64,000 nucleotides of DNA from Lama guanicoe (taxonomy: Eukaryota): the NCBI GenBank assembly GCA_013239625.1, contig MU053376.1, positions 1,760,833-1,824,832 of the forward strand, read 5' to 3'. The notes below the pieces were generated by a model, which was given only the letters and a program-made list of their open reading frames with translations, made no database searches and was not told the origin of the DNA. The stretch's first letter is position 1, and every line of letters starts with the position of its first letter. The position numbers and the translations under genes were made by a program. This document shows, one piece after another, positions 10,911 through 25,040 of this stretch.

Positions 10911-13900
10911 GAAAAATGCTCTTTGCTCCCAACAGACTTATCCAAATCCTACCAGCCTTCAAGGCTCCCCTCCTCCACAGCTTCGCACAGCAGGGCAGTC
11001 TCTCCTGCCCAACCTCGCAGTGTAGGTGAACTTGATCATGCGGGGAACTTGGTCATGCTCAATTCTCCAGGCCTCCCTGATAAAGCTGTAAACGCATCCT
11101 GTGAGGCAGAGGACTACTGATAGATGTCTCGCACGTCTCAAGTAACTAATGACCGCCTGCCCCAGGCTCTCTGAGACGTACTCAATTTCTTGCAAAACTT
11201 ATCTTCGATCATGCATCCTAATTTAGGATTCAGGAAATGCAGACTCCGTGCTGGCAGTGAGATTCAAAGACTACAGGTAGCAAAGAACTCAGTTGTAATA
11301 CCCGTTACAACTTTGGGCCTGGTGGGCAGGTACAGACTGCTAGGCTGGAAGTTCTGTTTACTCCAGGCTTTGTGGAGCCTTCATGACTAGACTCACTGGG
11401 GCTGATGGCCATTTGCAAGGCTCAGACCCTGAGATTCTGGGGATCGATGACCCTCTCCCAACTTCCCAGACATTGTCCCAGGTGGAAAAGGAATTCATCC
11501 AAGGAGGAAAGGAGGAGAGTCAGTGTGTGCACGTGAGACTCTGAAAGCTGCACAGCACAGTGGGCCTAGGTGCCAGCTGGGCTGGGATCCTCAGGAGAGG
11601 AACATTTATGAACTGGTAGAACAAGCTAAAGTAAAGAGCCCTGCCACCAGATGTGCTGGAGGACAGAGCAGAGGCCACCCTGGCTGGGGACCCTATAACA
11701 GTTCCTAACAACGGGGCTGCTCTCAGCAGGGAAACTATGGAGGCAGAACAGAGAAGTGAGCCCGTCTACGTGGAGGCAGGAGGGACGTCCCTGTCAAGCC
11801 GGCCAAGCATGTCAGTCCTGTGACAGGAGAGCCTTGGAGTAAGGGTGAGAGGTGGGGGTGGGGTTGGGAGAGATGCCAAACCAGGGGTCTGGGAGCCACT
11901 TGGTGAGCATGGGTAACCACAGATAGGGAACCCCCCCACCAGGTGGCCAGAAGGACTACAGCTCAGAAGCACAGAAGAGGAGGATGCCCCAAGATGAGCA
12001 GAGATTTCCAGCCTGGGATTACAACAATGCTGCTGGTCTGAGCCGGAGTTGTGTTTTTGGTTTTTGTTCTTGAGATATGGAATATTGATCAATTAAATGG
12101 AATCTGTGCCCAGGAAAGGGTCAGTTACCTTTACTAACTCATCTTTGGCCGGTAAGGAACTGATTCTAGAGTTTCCAAGGACTTCAAAGCTCATTTGGGG
12201 TATTGATACCCACGTAAGGTAAAGGCAACCTGCAAGCACTTGGGATCAGAAGGATCACTTCCCATGCCTTCAGGAAGAGCCTTTAGACCGAGGTTTCCTT
12301 CCCTCTTTAGGCCCTCTTCCCTTCTGGAACTTCATTACAAACATGCCCAGGGCTTACTTTTAGAATATGTAGTTATCATTTCATGCTCTGTTTTTTCCCC
12401 ATTGCCCTTGCTTGAGTCACGGTGATGTCATAGGAGGTAGGCAGACAGTTTCCTTATCTACAAGCTGGGGACACTGAATACCCACTTGCAGGTTATTGTG
12501 AAGATTAGAGATTATGTTTGTGGTGCCTGACAGAGCTTAGTACATGCCTACGTGTTCAAAGAAACGTACATCATGTTATTTTGTTAACGCTGCTGCTGTT
12601 CCCTGCTGCTCCTCCTGGCTCTGGCTCCTTTTTCTCTTTTTAGAAAGGGAGCATGCAGGTTGGAAATTAGGACTTAAAATACAATTCCATTAGCTGTAGC
12701 TTCTTTGGGCATTTCTCTGTGGAGGGGTAAGTGATGGTGTAGGCAGGAGAGACGGAAAAGACCTTTTTATCTGTGATGCGAGCGCCTGGGTTATACCCTG
12801 ACATCACTGACGGGACCATTTGCCTCTAAACAATCACCTGGCTATTCCCCAGGTGTGCAGTGAAAGCCATTTATAAGCTCCTCCCTCCTCTGAAGTATTT
12901 TTAAAAATCAGTTCAGCGTGAAACTAACAATTTACATTCTACCAGATGCTGGGGTGAAGGAAATGGGGAACTGAAATCTTTCCAGGAAAGAAGAAATAGA
13001 AATTTAAGAAAAACTCAACTCAACTTCTATCCATTTATTAGGTCCCTACTAGATTTAAAAGATAATGCTTCTCAGTTTGTAGCCTGGAGATCTCCAGCAT
13101 GACAGCCTTCCGCAGTTACTTGTCTGGAAACAAAAGGCAGATTCCTGACCTCACCCCAGTCCTACCAGATCCGTCTTTGGTGGTAAGAATCAGGGAGCTA
13201 CATTTTGAATAAGTTCCCCACCAAAGTCTGAGAATCACTGCAACATAGGAAATACTAAGGAGTGTAGTGTATGTCTTTGGGCAGGTTGCAATATAGGTGG
13301 AGCTGATAAAAAAGCAGGAAGGTGATATAATCACTGTGTGTTCTAGAAAGATCCTTCTGGCAGGAGCGAACAGGATTGGCTTGACTGGGAAGCTGGAGGC
13401 AGGAGCTCTATGCAGAGATGTTGGCAGTAAGCCGAGAGGAGATAAGGGCTGGAGGTGCTGAAAAGGGGAGACAGATGCCGCATGGCAGCCTGCGTCAGAG
13501 ATGTACGTTCTTACTGCAGGCGGTCACCAATTCCTTCTGGAAGTTGGAAGGCTGTAGCTGGCAAACAAATAAAAAGTATGAAATAGCGCAGAAAAAAAAA
13601 TGGATCCAGTTTTGATAGTTTGAGTCTCCGAGTCCCGGAAAGAGGATGGTCTGCTTTCTCTGAGTGTGATTTTAAAATAAAACAACACTGAAGGCTCAGA
13701 TGGATGCTGAAATTTAAAAAGCTTCCTTCTAGAGTCTCCAATTGCAATATTCTGGATAAATTCACCAGAGCTGCCCTTTCCTGGTTTTTTTGTTTTTTTG
13801 TTTTTTTGGGTTTTTTTGGTTCTTCTGCTTTGCTGGGGCTTTAGTACAGGCTTAGTCTTTCTATGAAGGTATCAGAACCAGCTGGGGAGGCAAGGTGGGT

Positions 13901-16900
13901 AGAAATAAGTCAGGGGGGTACTTTGGGAGGGGTTGGCAGTGGGGAGTTTTGAGCCGGATTTCACACAGGATGGTGAATATAGAATAAAAGTAAGAAGGAA
14001 AGTCATTGTAGGGGGTGAAACTGACAAGGGCAGAGAAACTGCAGCTTCTGGATAAAATTGAACTCAGCCCACAGGGTTCTAGAATCTAGGTAAGTGATCT
14101 GGCTAAGAAGGGTGAATATCCTTCCAGACTGGGACGGGCTGTCTTCGTTGTTCTGCTCCACTGCCGTCAGCATTGGCTGCACGGGGATTTGGGACCTCAG
14201 AAGAATGCACCCCTTGACTTGAGGGGAAAGACCAGAAAACGCCACAGGCTAACATGAAGCCTGGTCAACTGGAAATGGATACACTTGGCCTCTGTAGACA
14301 CCGAGGGGAAATGCTTTGTCTGCATGAAGCCAAGAGCCTGAGTTGGAGATCCACACGCAGAGAATCTAATAGGCCAAGGTAAGTTCTACAGTTAGAAAAC
14401 AACAAAAGTCTGCCTATTTAATTTTTTTTAACCAGTATTTTCTAAAACATTTCATCATGGGATCCTTTCAAAATATAAGGTAGAAGTTGCAAACTAACCA
14501 ACTGACTGACTCTGGCCCGGACATGTTTTGTTTGTTTAGAGGAGCATTTTTTAAAACTTTGAATTGGCTGTCAGTATGTATATTTTTTAAATCAGGTGAT
14601 TTCACCTAAAAATCCAGATTACCAACTGCTCTTGAAAAAACTCAGATCTGGAGGCTTAGAGACCTCACCCCTTAGGCCACAGTCAGTGGAGCTGAGCAGT
14701 GGTCACTGTGAGAAGGGGGCGCCCTCCCCAGTTTGTCAGAGGCACCAGGACCCACACCGTCCCCTCCCCCACTGAGCATCAGATGCCACTTACCGTCACA
14801 CCTGGGCTGCTTTTTTCTCACAGCGAAGAGCAGTAAGAAGCATATTTATGCTCAAATTGCTATTGAAATTGCTCTCTTATTCAGCCTGTCTCGCTCCTTT
14901 ATGCTACACACCTGGTCCCTGCAGCATTTAAGTTGGCGTGCCCTGTAACAGTCGATATCTGTTCATGTCACACAGAACCACGTGAAGGGAAGGGCTGCCA
15001 GGCTGCACGCCCCACCACTCCCACCTGCACATCTGGGTGTAGAAATGCCAGAACCAGCACTTCAGAGAGCCCTGGGCTGGGGCATTGCCCAGGTGGCCAT
15101 GAAGTCACCGCCTCTCCCCCAGAATCTCAAGACAATCTCAGGAAAGCATGATTGGAATATAACTGACATGAAGAAAGTTGTAATCTTTTGAGAGGGTGTC
15201 ACGTGGCTAACAAAAGGTATTCAGAAAGAGGAAGAGTCCACCCAAGGGTATTTTAGGTGTAAAACCATCCTTGGAGGGGGCTCTTCCGCGGTCTCTTCTA
15301 CAGCCTGAGTAAAACCTCCTTCAACAGCCACCCCTTTCCTTTGGACAAATTCTGTGCTCACCAAGCAGTCTCCTGGTTATAAATTCCATTTGGGAAATGT
15401 GTGTCTTGAAAAGCAGACGTGGCTATTCTGGTCACTGGAGAGCCAGGCTCATGCATTGCTCACTTGTAGAATGGCCTTCTGGAATGCATGTTTCTTGTGC
15501 GCTGTGGTTAGCACAAGCCTGTATCCCCCAGGACCTGAATTCATAAAACTGAGCTCCTGGCCATGCAGAGCTGAGGACAGAACATTGATGAGTGGCATCC
15601 TCACCAAAAGACAGAGTGCCCTGCCGGCGCTGCAGGGAGGTGGGCCCGCCCAGCAGGTCTAAGTTTCCTGGGCTGCAGGTTTCTTGGTTTATTTTGTTCC
15701 CAAGCTCTCACTGTCCCTGGGAGATGTAACTGGTCTCTGATCGTGATTAGTGCCTCGTGCTGTGCCTGACACTGAGGAGCCTTCTGTAAATGTTTATGGA
15801 AAGAATTTCAAACGGAAATATTATAGCAGAAGCCAGGTGACGTCCCACCTCCCCCTCCCACTGCCTACCCCCACCCCATCAGAGATGTTTGAGGAGATTC
15901 TTGCTCTGCTTGGGAGGCTGTACTCTTGATTCCAGAAGTCCTTTACTTCTTGGATTCTACAATTGGCTTCCTAGGCTGACTGTGGCAGAGGGCAGAGCAA
16001 GAAGAAGCCACAACAGGGCTGGCATTCGGCCAGTGGGCAGGCTAAAGGGTGGCTCTGAAGTGAAAGGGCAGCATTGCCCCAGCAGATATCTCTCAGCTTC
16101 CTGGTAATGAGAGGGAGAGGCGCTCTCCTGGGATCCCTGGATACCTGGGAGAGGGAAGGGAGGTAGGGGAAGAAAGAAGGAACGCGTTGATCAGCTTGGC
16201 CATCCTCCAAAGCAGCAGGTAGGTGCCAGGTTAGAGCAGGGCACCGAGGGGCTCCTGCCTGCCCAACACTGGACAGGATGTGCTTGGGGCCAGCCCTGCT
16301 CATCATGTTTAAAAATGCTATACATCCTCTACGTTTGAGTCTAGTCTAGTGTCCTGCCAGCCCTTTCCCACTCCACCCTGCCCTCCCCCGTGGGTGGGGA
16401 GTGAATGGAGAAGATGCAGCAGACCACCCACCCCACACCGTGATCTCAGAGGAAAATTGTGCTGATAAATCTGTTTCTACAATGATGCCAATGACTCCTA
16501 CAGCATTAACCATTGCTTTTGCGTTTTTCAGAAAGACTGTTATAATGAACCCCATATACCCACCCTCTTGATTTAACATTATTTTCATTTTGCCATATTT
16601 ACTTCTTTTTAATGCAAATCATGGAATATGAAGCTTTAAAAAAGAGCATTTTCTGACATAAACATTATGGCATTATCATACCTAACCAAACGAACAATGT
16701 CATTGAACCCTCAGTCCATATTCAGACTTCCCCAATTGTCCCAAGAATGAGTTTGTATGGTTGGTTTGTTGCAGCAAAGCTTTTTAAGCAGTATTCCCCT
16801 GCAGCCTCGGGCCTCTGCCCAAATGTCTCAGAGACCAGCAAGGGTGAGGCTGATGGGAGAGACTAGGCCTCCACTCCTGCTTCAGCCAGAGCGGGTTTTA

Positions 16901-17867
16901 TTATCAGGAACAAAAGGAGTTTTCTGGTAAAAAAAATTTTTTTTGAAAATCATTTCCACAAGGCATTACTTTTCTCAAAATTTTCAAGAGAATGTCTGGT
17001 GCTGTAACTGCCTTAAATCAAAGGGATAACTTCCTAGTGGTGGGACAGTGGGGAGCCAGGGTTGGGGCTAGGGAGATTTGGCAGAGAGTCCAACAAAAGG
17101 AGAGCTTTTATTCCCATTGGGCATGAACTTGGACTCCCAGAGCAGACCTTGCTAGTGCTTGAAATACCTTGGGTTCGCTTGGTGTCCCTCCCCTGGGTGC
17201 TAACACATCTCACTAGCATTTTGCCGTCTCCCTTTCTAGACTCACTCTAGGAATCTCTCTTAGTTCTTGTTCGTGCATGAGGCAGCCTGGCACACCCTGA
17301 GGTCAATGAATTTTGAAGCCCTTCCCGGCTCAGTTTATACTTTAGACTTTCCTAGGTACACTCTGAAAAACCTGACGTGGGAGGAATGCTCTTCCAAACT
17401 TCTAATTGTCATAGCAAGGCATTCCCACAGCAAGGTTAACGCAGAGCATTGATAACACAGACCTACCAGTTGCAAAGCAAGAGGTAATCTATCACAGACG
17501 CAACACACAAGCAACTGGACCCAGCAAGGGGCTGTGGCTGCCGTTCTAACAGCCAAAAGAGGACAAGCCTGGATAATGAAGAGGAGTCGGAGATTCTAGG
17601 AAATTCTGATCTTTTCAGGGAACCTCAATAATCACAACTTTCAATAACAAGCAGCTCAAGACCTTTCTCCTCCTTCAGAGCCTGTGCCCCGATGAACCTG
17701 CCAAAACACTCAGCTTGCTTTTGAGGGTCTGGAAGTCACATTCAGCTGATGATATCCATCTATCTTGTCTGCCCTGTTCAATTGCAGAACTGTGAGCTCC
17801 ATGAAGATGATAACAATGTCGATTTTATATGAACACACACACAACAATGAACATATGTCTATCCACT

Positions 17868-17945
17868 AATATGTAGATTATACACAAATAAACACAAATA
17901 TGTAGATTATACACAAATAAACACAATTATAAACAAATAAACACA
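17868..17945. repeat. Short tandem duplication (~29-bp unit aatatgtagattatacacaaataaacac, about 2.7 copies)
   Basis: Directly visible tandem copies. Confidence 0.8.
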
Positions 17946-18048
17946 GTTTGGGCAGAGGAAAAGCTTGGGAACATTAGAGTTGAGTCATCTTTCCCCAACA
18001 CCAATATTTTTGTAATTTCTCAGTAAGGGCTTGTAAAACTCTAGCTTG

Positions 18049-18166
18049 GGGGAAGGGTGTGGCTCAGTGGTTGAGCACATGCTCAGCATGCACGAGGTCC
18101 TGGGTTCAATCCCCAGAACCTCCAAGCAATAAACAAACCTCATTACCTCCTCCACACCCCCCTAAA
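18049..18166 (+). mobile_element. Vic-1-like SINE with TSD
   Basis: Same head sequence; TSD aaaactcta(g/a)cttg at 18035-18048 and 18167-18180. Confidence 0.9.
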
Positions 18167-18596
18167 AAAACTCTAACTTGCCTTTGAATCTAAGTAATAT
18201 TTATGAGTACCTACCAAATACCTAGTTCTCTCTGGATTTAAGAGATGCATAAATTATGATCTCTTCCCTGGGATATTTGTGATCTGGTTGGTGATACAGA
18301 TCCGCCCATGAGAAAGATTGTCACACAAGAGAGTATATTCTCTCACCGCTATTCAAACCTGGCCCTGCCTTCAAAGTCCAAGTCAAGTCTTCCCCTCACA
18401 CTAACCATTCATCATTCATTCTGATACTCAACCAGGCTTTACTGAGGACCTAGTGCATGCCAAGGGCAACATCCAGGAACCAGATACATCACAGTAAATG
18501 AGACAGCCACCCTTCCCATTCTAACACTTAAACCAGTCTTGAGACTGATTTGATTGTTACATATGTGGGTATGCCGTCTGCACAAAGCAGTAAGCT

Positions 18597-19066
18597 TGTA
18601 ACTGAGCAGGCCCCTGTGGAGCCTTCCAGGGTCAGATCCCTCTCCCATATCCTCTACTGTAGCTCCTCTCTGAAGCACCCAGAGAATAGTATCTCATGCA
18701 TATTTCCTGTGTTTTTCAGATGCTTAAAAACCACCACCAAAGGGAAGAAATTAACCACTTGATGTTCCAGAGTGAGTGGCCCCAGACCTTCTGGCACCTG
18801 GGGGTTGACAGTATTGACTGTCCTGTTATCTCGATATCAGCCAATGAGAGGATTGTGCACGAGCTGATCACAAGCCCTGCAACCCTCCTCCCTCACCTGG
18901 GCTTTAAATATACTTTGCTGAAACCCTTCGAAGAGTTTGGGGCTTTCTTGGGCATGAGCCACCCCGTCTTCCTTTCTCAGCCCTGCAATAAGCCTTTCTT
19001 TGCTCCAGACTTCAATGTTTCAGTTTGTTTGGCCTCAGCGGGCACAAGAATTTGCCTTCAGTAACA
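18597..19066 (+). mobile_element. Solo LTR, probably ERV1 class
   Basis: TGTAAC...GTAACA termini, 4-bp TSD agct (18593-18596, 19067-19070), internal TATA-like tttaaata and polyA-like aataag. Confidence 0.75.
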
Positions 19067-19809
19067 AGCTCCTGAAAGATAGTGACCATATCTTAACATT
19101 CTTTTGTCATCCCCTCACCAGCTCAAATTTGGTCGTGCAACTTACTGAATGAAGTTTAAAAGTCTGGGTTATATGGAATCTTCAGTCAACATGAAAAATT
19201 CTAAATTGGTAGTAACATCTTAACACAGAAAAACCTTAAAACACTAAGAACTCTTGCCCATCCTTCAAAACTCATCTCAAATGTCACCTCCTCCATGACG
19301 CCACTTACCCAGGCAGGTTTAGTCCCTCTCTTCTCTCTGAGTCCATACTACTTGGCGAAGACCTCCATAGACAAACTATTGCATGGCTGCTGTAATTATT
19401 AGTTTACCTAAGTTTCCCCTAAGTCAAGCAGCTGGGTGTTTCAGGAGAAGGGGTGGGGGTCCCTTAGCCTGTCCAGGAAGACAGCTCCTCCCTGTATCTT
19501 GGATGGAGGGTTAGTAGAGGATACACATGCCCAGCAGGCTTTTTTTTCCTGATAGAATGGCAAATAAGCATTTCACAATTACCACTCGGTGCACATATAC
19601 GGCAGACCTCCCTATTCTCTTTTTCCTGAGACTGTAAGAATAAAGTTTTCTGGGAAGAGGACAAAGGGAGAGGTAGTAGTCTGTGAATCCAGGACAGTCT
19701 CCCTTAAGCTGGGGTAGTGGCCACCCTACTAAAGACCACCCCGTTTTCCTACTGTTGAAGCCAACAAAAGGAGTCCAGGTGAGTAGAGACAACACAACCC
19801 TTTTTAAAA

Positions 19810-20160
19810 GCAGTGGCTGTTAAATGTTAGCCAGAATCAGAATCACCTGGAGGCTCATTAAAAGTAGGTTGCTGCATTTCACCACCAGAGTTTCCCCTTC
19901 GGTAGGTCTGAGTAGGACCCGAGAACTTGCATTTCTAACAAGTCCCCACGTGGTGCTGATGCTGCTAATTAGGGGCTACATTTAAGAGCCTCTGCTCTGA
20001 AACATGGGCTTCTTAGCCACACGTTGGAATCACCTGAGAATTTAGAAAAACCATACTGGTGCTTGGGTCTCACTCCCAGATGGTCTGATTTAATTGCTAT
20101 GGGGATTTTAATCCCCCCACCTAGGTGATTCTCCTATGCAACAAAGTTTGAGACCACTTC
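19810..20160. mobile_element. Two adjacent MER5-type hAT-Charlie MITEs
   Basis: cagtgg...agaatcacctggagg...gcatttctaacaagtccc...tgatgctgct motifs, then a second gaatcacctg...aggtgattc copy. Confidence 0.7.
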
Positions 20161-20392
20161 TCTAAAGGCTCTGCTACCCATGAAGTGCTCTGACCTGAGT
20201 TCATTTCCTGACATTCATTCATTTGACATTCAGCACGTATGTACAGAGCAACTGCTGTGTACCGTGTGCTGTGTCAGAGGCTGGTTGGCTAAAATAGACA
20301 CGACCCCTCCCTCCAGGAGCTTACTATTTAAGAGGAAACATAACATAAATAAGTCAATAAAAATAATGTGCAATTAAAAATAAATTGGAGGA

Positions 20393-20925
20393 AATGTTCA
20401 TAGCAGCACTATTTACAATAGCTGAGACATGGAAACAACCTAAATGTCCATCGACAGTTGACTAGATAAAGAAGTTGTGGTATATTTATACAATAAAAAT
20501 GGAAAAGTCATGCCATTTGCAGCAACATGGAGATTGTCATCCTAAGTGAAGCAAGCCAGAAAGAGAAATAAAAATACCATATATCACTTACATGTGGCAT
20601 CCAAAAAACAAAAGACACAAATGAACTTATTTACAAAAGAGAAACAGACTCAGAGACATAGAAGACAAATGTATGGTTACCAGGGGGAAAAGGGGTGGGA
20701 AGAGATAAATGGGGAGTTTGAGATTTGCAGATACTAACTTCTATATATAAAATAGATAAAGAAATTTCTACTGTAGAGCACAGGGAACTATATTCAGTAT
20801 CTTTCAGTAACCTATAACAAAGAATATGAAAAGGAATACATGTATGCACATGTATGACTGAAACATGCTGCTGTACACCAGAAATCGACACAACATTGTA
20901 AACTGACTATACTACAATTTTTTAA
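20393..20925 (+). mobile_element. 5'-truncated L1 3' end
   Basis: aatgttcatagcagcactatttacaatagc...tgtacaccagaaatcgacacaacattgtaaactgactatac. Confidence 0.88.
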
Positions 20926-23300
20926 ATTGTTTTAAATATATTGGAGGAGAAGAGCAGGGAGCTAGGTGTAAGAGGGAGTAAGAGCAGAGGAGTCATTGAG
21001 GATGGCTCAAAGATGATGTTTAAGCTGAAACATGAACAATTAGGAGCCAGCCAGGCCACGTGTGGGGAGAGGATGCTGGTCACAGGTGCCTGAGCTTGCG
21101 TCTCCTTTGTGCCCTGTGGGGGCTAATTCACCAGATATTAAGTTACACACATCAGTTGAACATCTCTTCTTGATGCAGACTGGCCTGCAGGCTGTTCTAA
21201 TGAGGGGCCGGCTTTACAGTTCCTTGCTAGATGAGCTCAAGGCTCCAGGGCTGCTGGCCAAGCAGGGAAGTCCAAAGCCAGGCGCTGCGGGCCAAGGACT
21301 CAGGAGTCCCAGGTGCACGGCCATCTGCAGCAGCCCCTTGGCACTATGTGGGGATTTTTAATCTATTGCCCAGATGGAGGGTTGGATTAAATGGTTCTGG
21401 CAGGTAACCAGGGACCTAAGGAGGGAAGGTGGCAGAGGGGACAATCTGCGGAAAAGCCTGTCCCGAATGAGCAGGTGCTGACACCCTCCGGGCTGGAGAA
21501 GGGAACCATCTCTTGATGCATACATAAACTCTTTGTCACTGGAAAATAATTTCAGAGTACAGTTGAGCTGAAGCAAAATCCTCCTAAAGAGTCAATGAAT
21601 ATGCCTCACGCAGCCTTGGGTGGCCAAGGACTTTGACCTTGTCCTGAACTGCATGCAGGGAAGGAGAGAAGGCAGGTCTTGCTTCACAGCTTTATGATCA
21701 GGAAAACAGAGGCTTGGAGGAGCAGGGGCTGCCTTAGGCTTGGCGGACCTGGAGGCAGGATGGATACACAGGCTCTCGTTTGCCATCCTATCCTTATCCC
21801 CTGTACTCTGCCAACCACAGGGACAGCTCTGTGGGAAAGGACTTTGTGCCGGGAATGCAGCTTAGAACACCTTGTCTGGGGCCTGTGGGAGGCAGAATTG
21901 GGGTGAGATGAGTGGAAATGGGTGTAATAAAAGGGTCCCAATCATGTACTCAATAAACATTTACTGAGGGGATCAGGCTAGGTGCTGGAAACAAAAGAGG
22001 TCCTCCCCCAGGCAAGGGAAAGAGAGTCACTACTTGGGCACAAGGACCATATTTTACTTATCTCTGTATTACCAGGGCCTGTCACGTAGTAGACACTCAA
22101 CATATGGCTGCTGAAAGAACTGATAAGAACCTACTGAGCTCACTGACGAAGCCCTGGCGATCAGTAGGGATTCCTTGCCTGTTTTTAAAACATGGTACAG
22201 TGTTTCCTTGACAGAGGACTCTGCGTAGGAGATCTCTGGGAAGAAAGGTGCCAGATAGAATAGGTGAGATGATAAGGATTTGGGGATAAAAGTAAGGCAA
22301 GGATCAAAGCAAACAGAACAAGGGAAAAGAAGGAAATGTAGAAACTTGGCAGAGCAAAGCTAGAGAAGAAAATAAATGTAATTAGACATATGATATGTCC
22401 TGGGGTCAACAGAATTTCATGGCCATAAAAACCTAAAGACGATATTGGGTAGATGGAAGGGAAGAGAGGAACTAGGCATGTATATGGATATGAAAGAAAT
22501 TAACAGATAATGTCTAAAATCGAAAAATCAAGACAAAGTCCTAGATGTTTATTTTTCAGATATATGGAGGGCAAAGAATTCAAAGTGGTTTCCCTTGGAG
22601 GAAAGGACAGGAGATGCTCTAAAGATTTCCTCCACTCCCCTCTAGGTCAGTCTACGGGCCCCAACACACTCCTCTACTCCGACCCAGGCGGCAGCTGGAT
22701 CTGAAGCCCTGGGCAACCAACCCCATCCAAACAGAAGGAAGAGGCGCAGACAAGAGCTGTAAGGTGGAGAGCAAGGAAGGACAGGCCTTTGAACAAAGGG
22801 AGATCATGAGGCGCCCCAGGCAGCTGCAAGGCTAACTTCCAAAGTCAAGAGCATTTAAAATGGTATTTGATTTTCTGGGTTGAATGGGAAACTTCAACCA
22901 AATAAAAAAAGATCTTCTTTGGGCAACAGCTGAAATAATGGAGGAAACCACAGGAGGGAAGAGAGGCCAGGGTCAAAGCTAATCTTCTGGTTGCTTCTTG
23001 CTCAGTTGGCCCAGTTTGCCCCATGATGATTGGGCCTCGCACAGCTTGAGGGCAAGGGAAAGAGGCCCTTAATAGAGAAAAGCACAAAATAGAGTCAGAG
23101 AACAGAATGCAAGGGCTGGGATGGTCTCAGCCACTATCTTGTCTGACTCCCTCTTTGTCTGAAATGGGGGGTGGTGAAGTCCAGTGCAGCTGGGCACGGA
23201 GACAGGCAGGGCAGAGTCTGGCTCTTGCTGGTTCTCTTTTCTCTCACTACATCACTCGGGAGAGAGGCAAGAAAAGCAGAACTCATTCTATCAGTGAGCA

Positions 23301-25040
23301 CTGGATGGAAAGGAGGCCAGTTTCCATGTTTGTTGGGCCAGGTTTAATTCTTAGAGAATGCCAGGTTTCATGCTTGCAGGGCTGGGTATCATATGGAGGA
23401 CCCAATTATATGCTTATAAAGGCAGAATTCACACCTAGAATACAAAAATAATGCCTGAAAGTCCAGATTTCATAAATGGAGTGCCAGGTTCCATCCTGAT
23501 CATGCCAACTTCCATGGTTAGAATTTGAGATTCTATACACCTAATGCCAAGGTTCTTGCTTGTACAACCAGGTTCCATGCTTGAATGTTGAGGTATCCTC
23601 CTCAGACAGAAGTGGGAAGGCTGATACCACTGTGGGTGGAGAAATCAATGCCTTTGGGGGTTGGGATGGTACCACCACTAAAGATGAAGAGACAGACCTC
23701 TTCCACTGGCAAAAAAAAAAAAAAAAAAAAAAAAAAAAGAAAGAAAGAAAGAAAGAAAGAAAGAAAAAAGGTCATCAGAATTTAGGAGCTCAGTGTTCAC
23801 AGCTTCATCAGAATCTTCCCATAAGTTCTCATTCCAACTTATAAGATCCCATTTCTTCCCAACCAATGCCTTCAGTTTAACACTAGACTCCCTGTGAGAC
23901 TGGGAGTTCAACTTGCATTACTATTCAGCCAGTCTCAGGATGGGGTTCCATATTTGATTTTCAGTAATTTCAGTCTTGTGGCTATAGGAGATAAGAATCT
24001 CTTTCAGAGCACATACAGAAGCTCTCAGGTCATTTTGTAGAACTTAAGCTGGGAATTTGAATTCCTGAGTTCATCTTTTCTTTCACTGCTCTGCCCAGCA
24101 ACATTAAGAGCAGTCAGCCAATGTCATTGTATTCATTGGTTTTCCAAAAATATTCAAATTTATCATATACCAAGTCATCCAGTTCATTGCTCCTTATAAG
24201 TGGTTAATTAGGTGTCCAATGCTGATATTTTGCATTTATCTATAAACAGTTCACGCTGCAGACTATCAGTACTCTATCTACCACAGGAAATACAGTCTTA
24301 AGCATCTTTTAATCTAATGAGATTAAAGAGTCAATTCCACAGATCTCAGAACCAATTCAAAAACTCATCCTTAACAATTCTGTTTTCTAGAACCACACTT
24401 GGTTCCAAAATCTGTATTAGTCAAGATTCTCCAGAGAGACGGAACCAGAAAACAGAACCCCATAGGATATACATATATATTTTTATTTATTATTAGGAAT
24501 TGGCTGACACAGTTATGGAGGCTGAGAAATCCTGTGATCTGCAACCACAATTTAGAGACCCAGGAAAGTCAATGGTGTAGTTCAGTCTGAGTGTTAAGGC
24601 CACAGAACCAAGAGCCAGTGGTGCAAATCCCAATCTGAGGACAGGAGAAGCAATGAGAATTCCCAGTTGAAGTGGTGATTGGGGGAAAAATGGATGATTT
24701 CCTCCTTCCTCCACTTTTTATTCTGCTCAGGCCCTCAAAAGATTGGATGGTGTTCATTCACACTAGGGGAGGTATCTACTTTACTGAATTAATGGATTCA
24801 AATGCGAATCTCACATGGGGACACCCTCAGATACACCCAGAAATAATGTTTAATCTGGGTACCTTGTGGCCAGACAAGATAACGCATAAAATTAACCATC
24901 CCAGGTTCTACATACATAAAGTGCCAAATTCAGTGCTAATAGTGCAGGCTCCATGCTCAGAGATCGAGATTCCATACTTGGAAGGTTAAGACTCAAAGCT
25001 TAGATGGCCAGGTTCAATACCTGGTGGGCTAGATGACACT
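23301..25040 (-). repeat. Degenerate 21-bp (7-codon) repeat, in two parts (23301-23593 and 24901-25040) split by the ERVL
   Basis: cca(g)gttycat-like cores at 23317, 23338, 23361, 23463, 23484, 23505, 23547, 23568, 24901, 24924, 25008, mostly spaced in multiples of 21. Minus translation gives xxSMEPG-like heptads. Confidence 0.85.
23594..24903 (-). mobile_element. ERVL element: MLT2-type LTR (24413-24903) plus ~800 bp of internal sequence, interrupted by an A/(GAAA)n tract at 23711-23768
   Basis: LTR ends tgtattagtcaagattctccagaga... and ...aaattaaccatc; adjacent internal start (minus strand gattttggaaccaagtgtggttctag) is typical of MLT2/ERVL-int. Confidence 0.85.

Noticed and set aside
23301..25040. 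CRISPR-like reading of the periodic repeat
   Set aside because: Eukaryotic DNA, degenerate tandem units without spacers, no cas genes.
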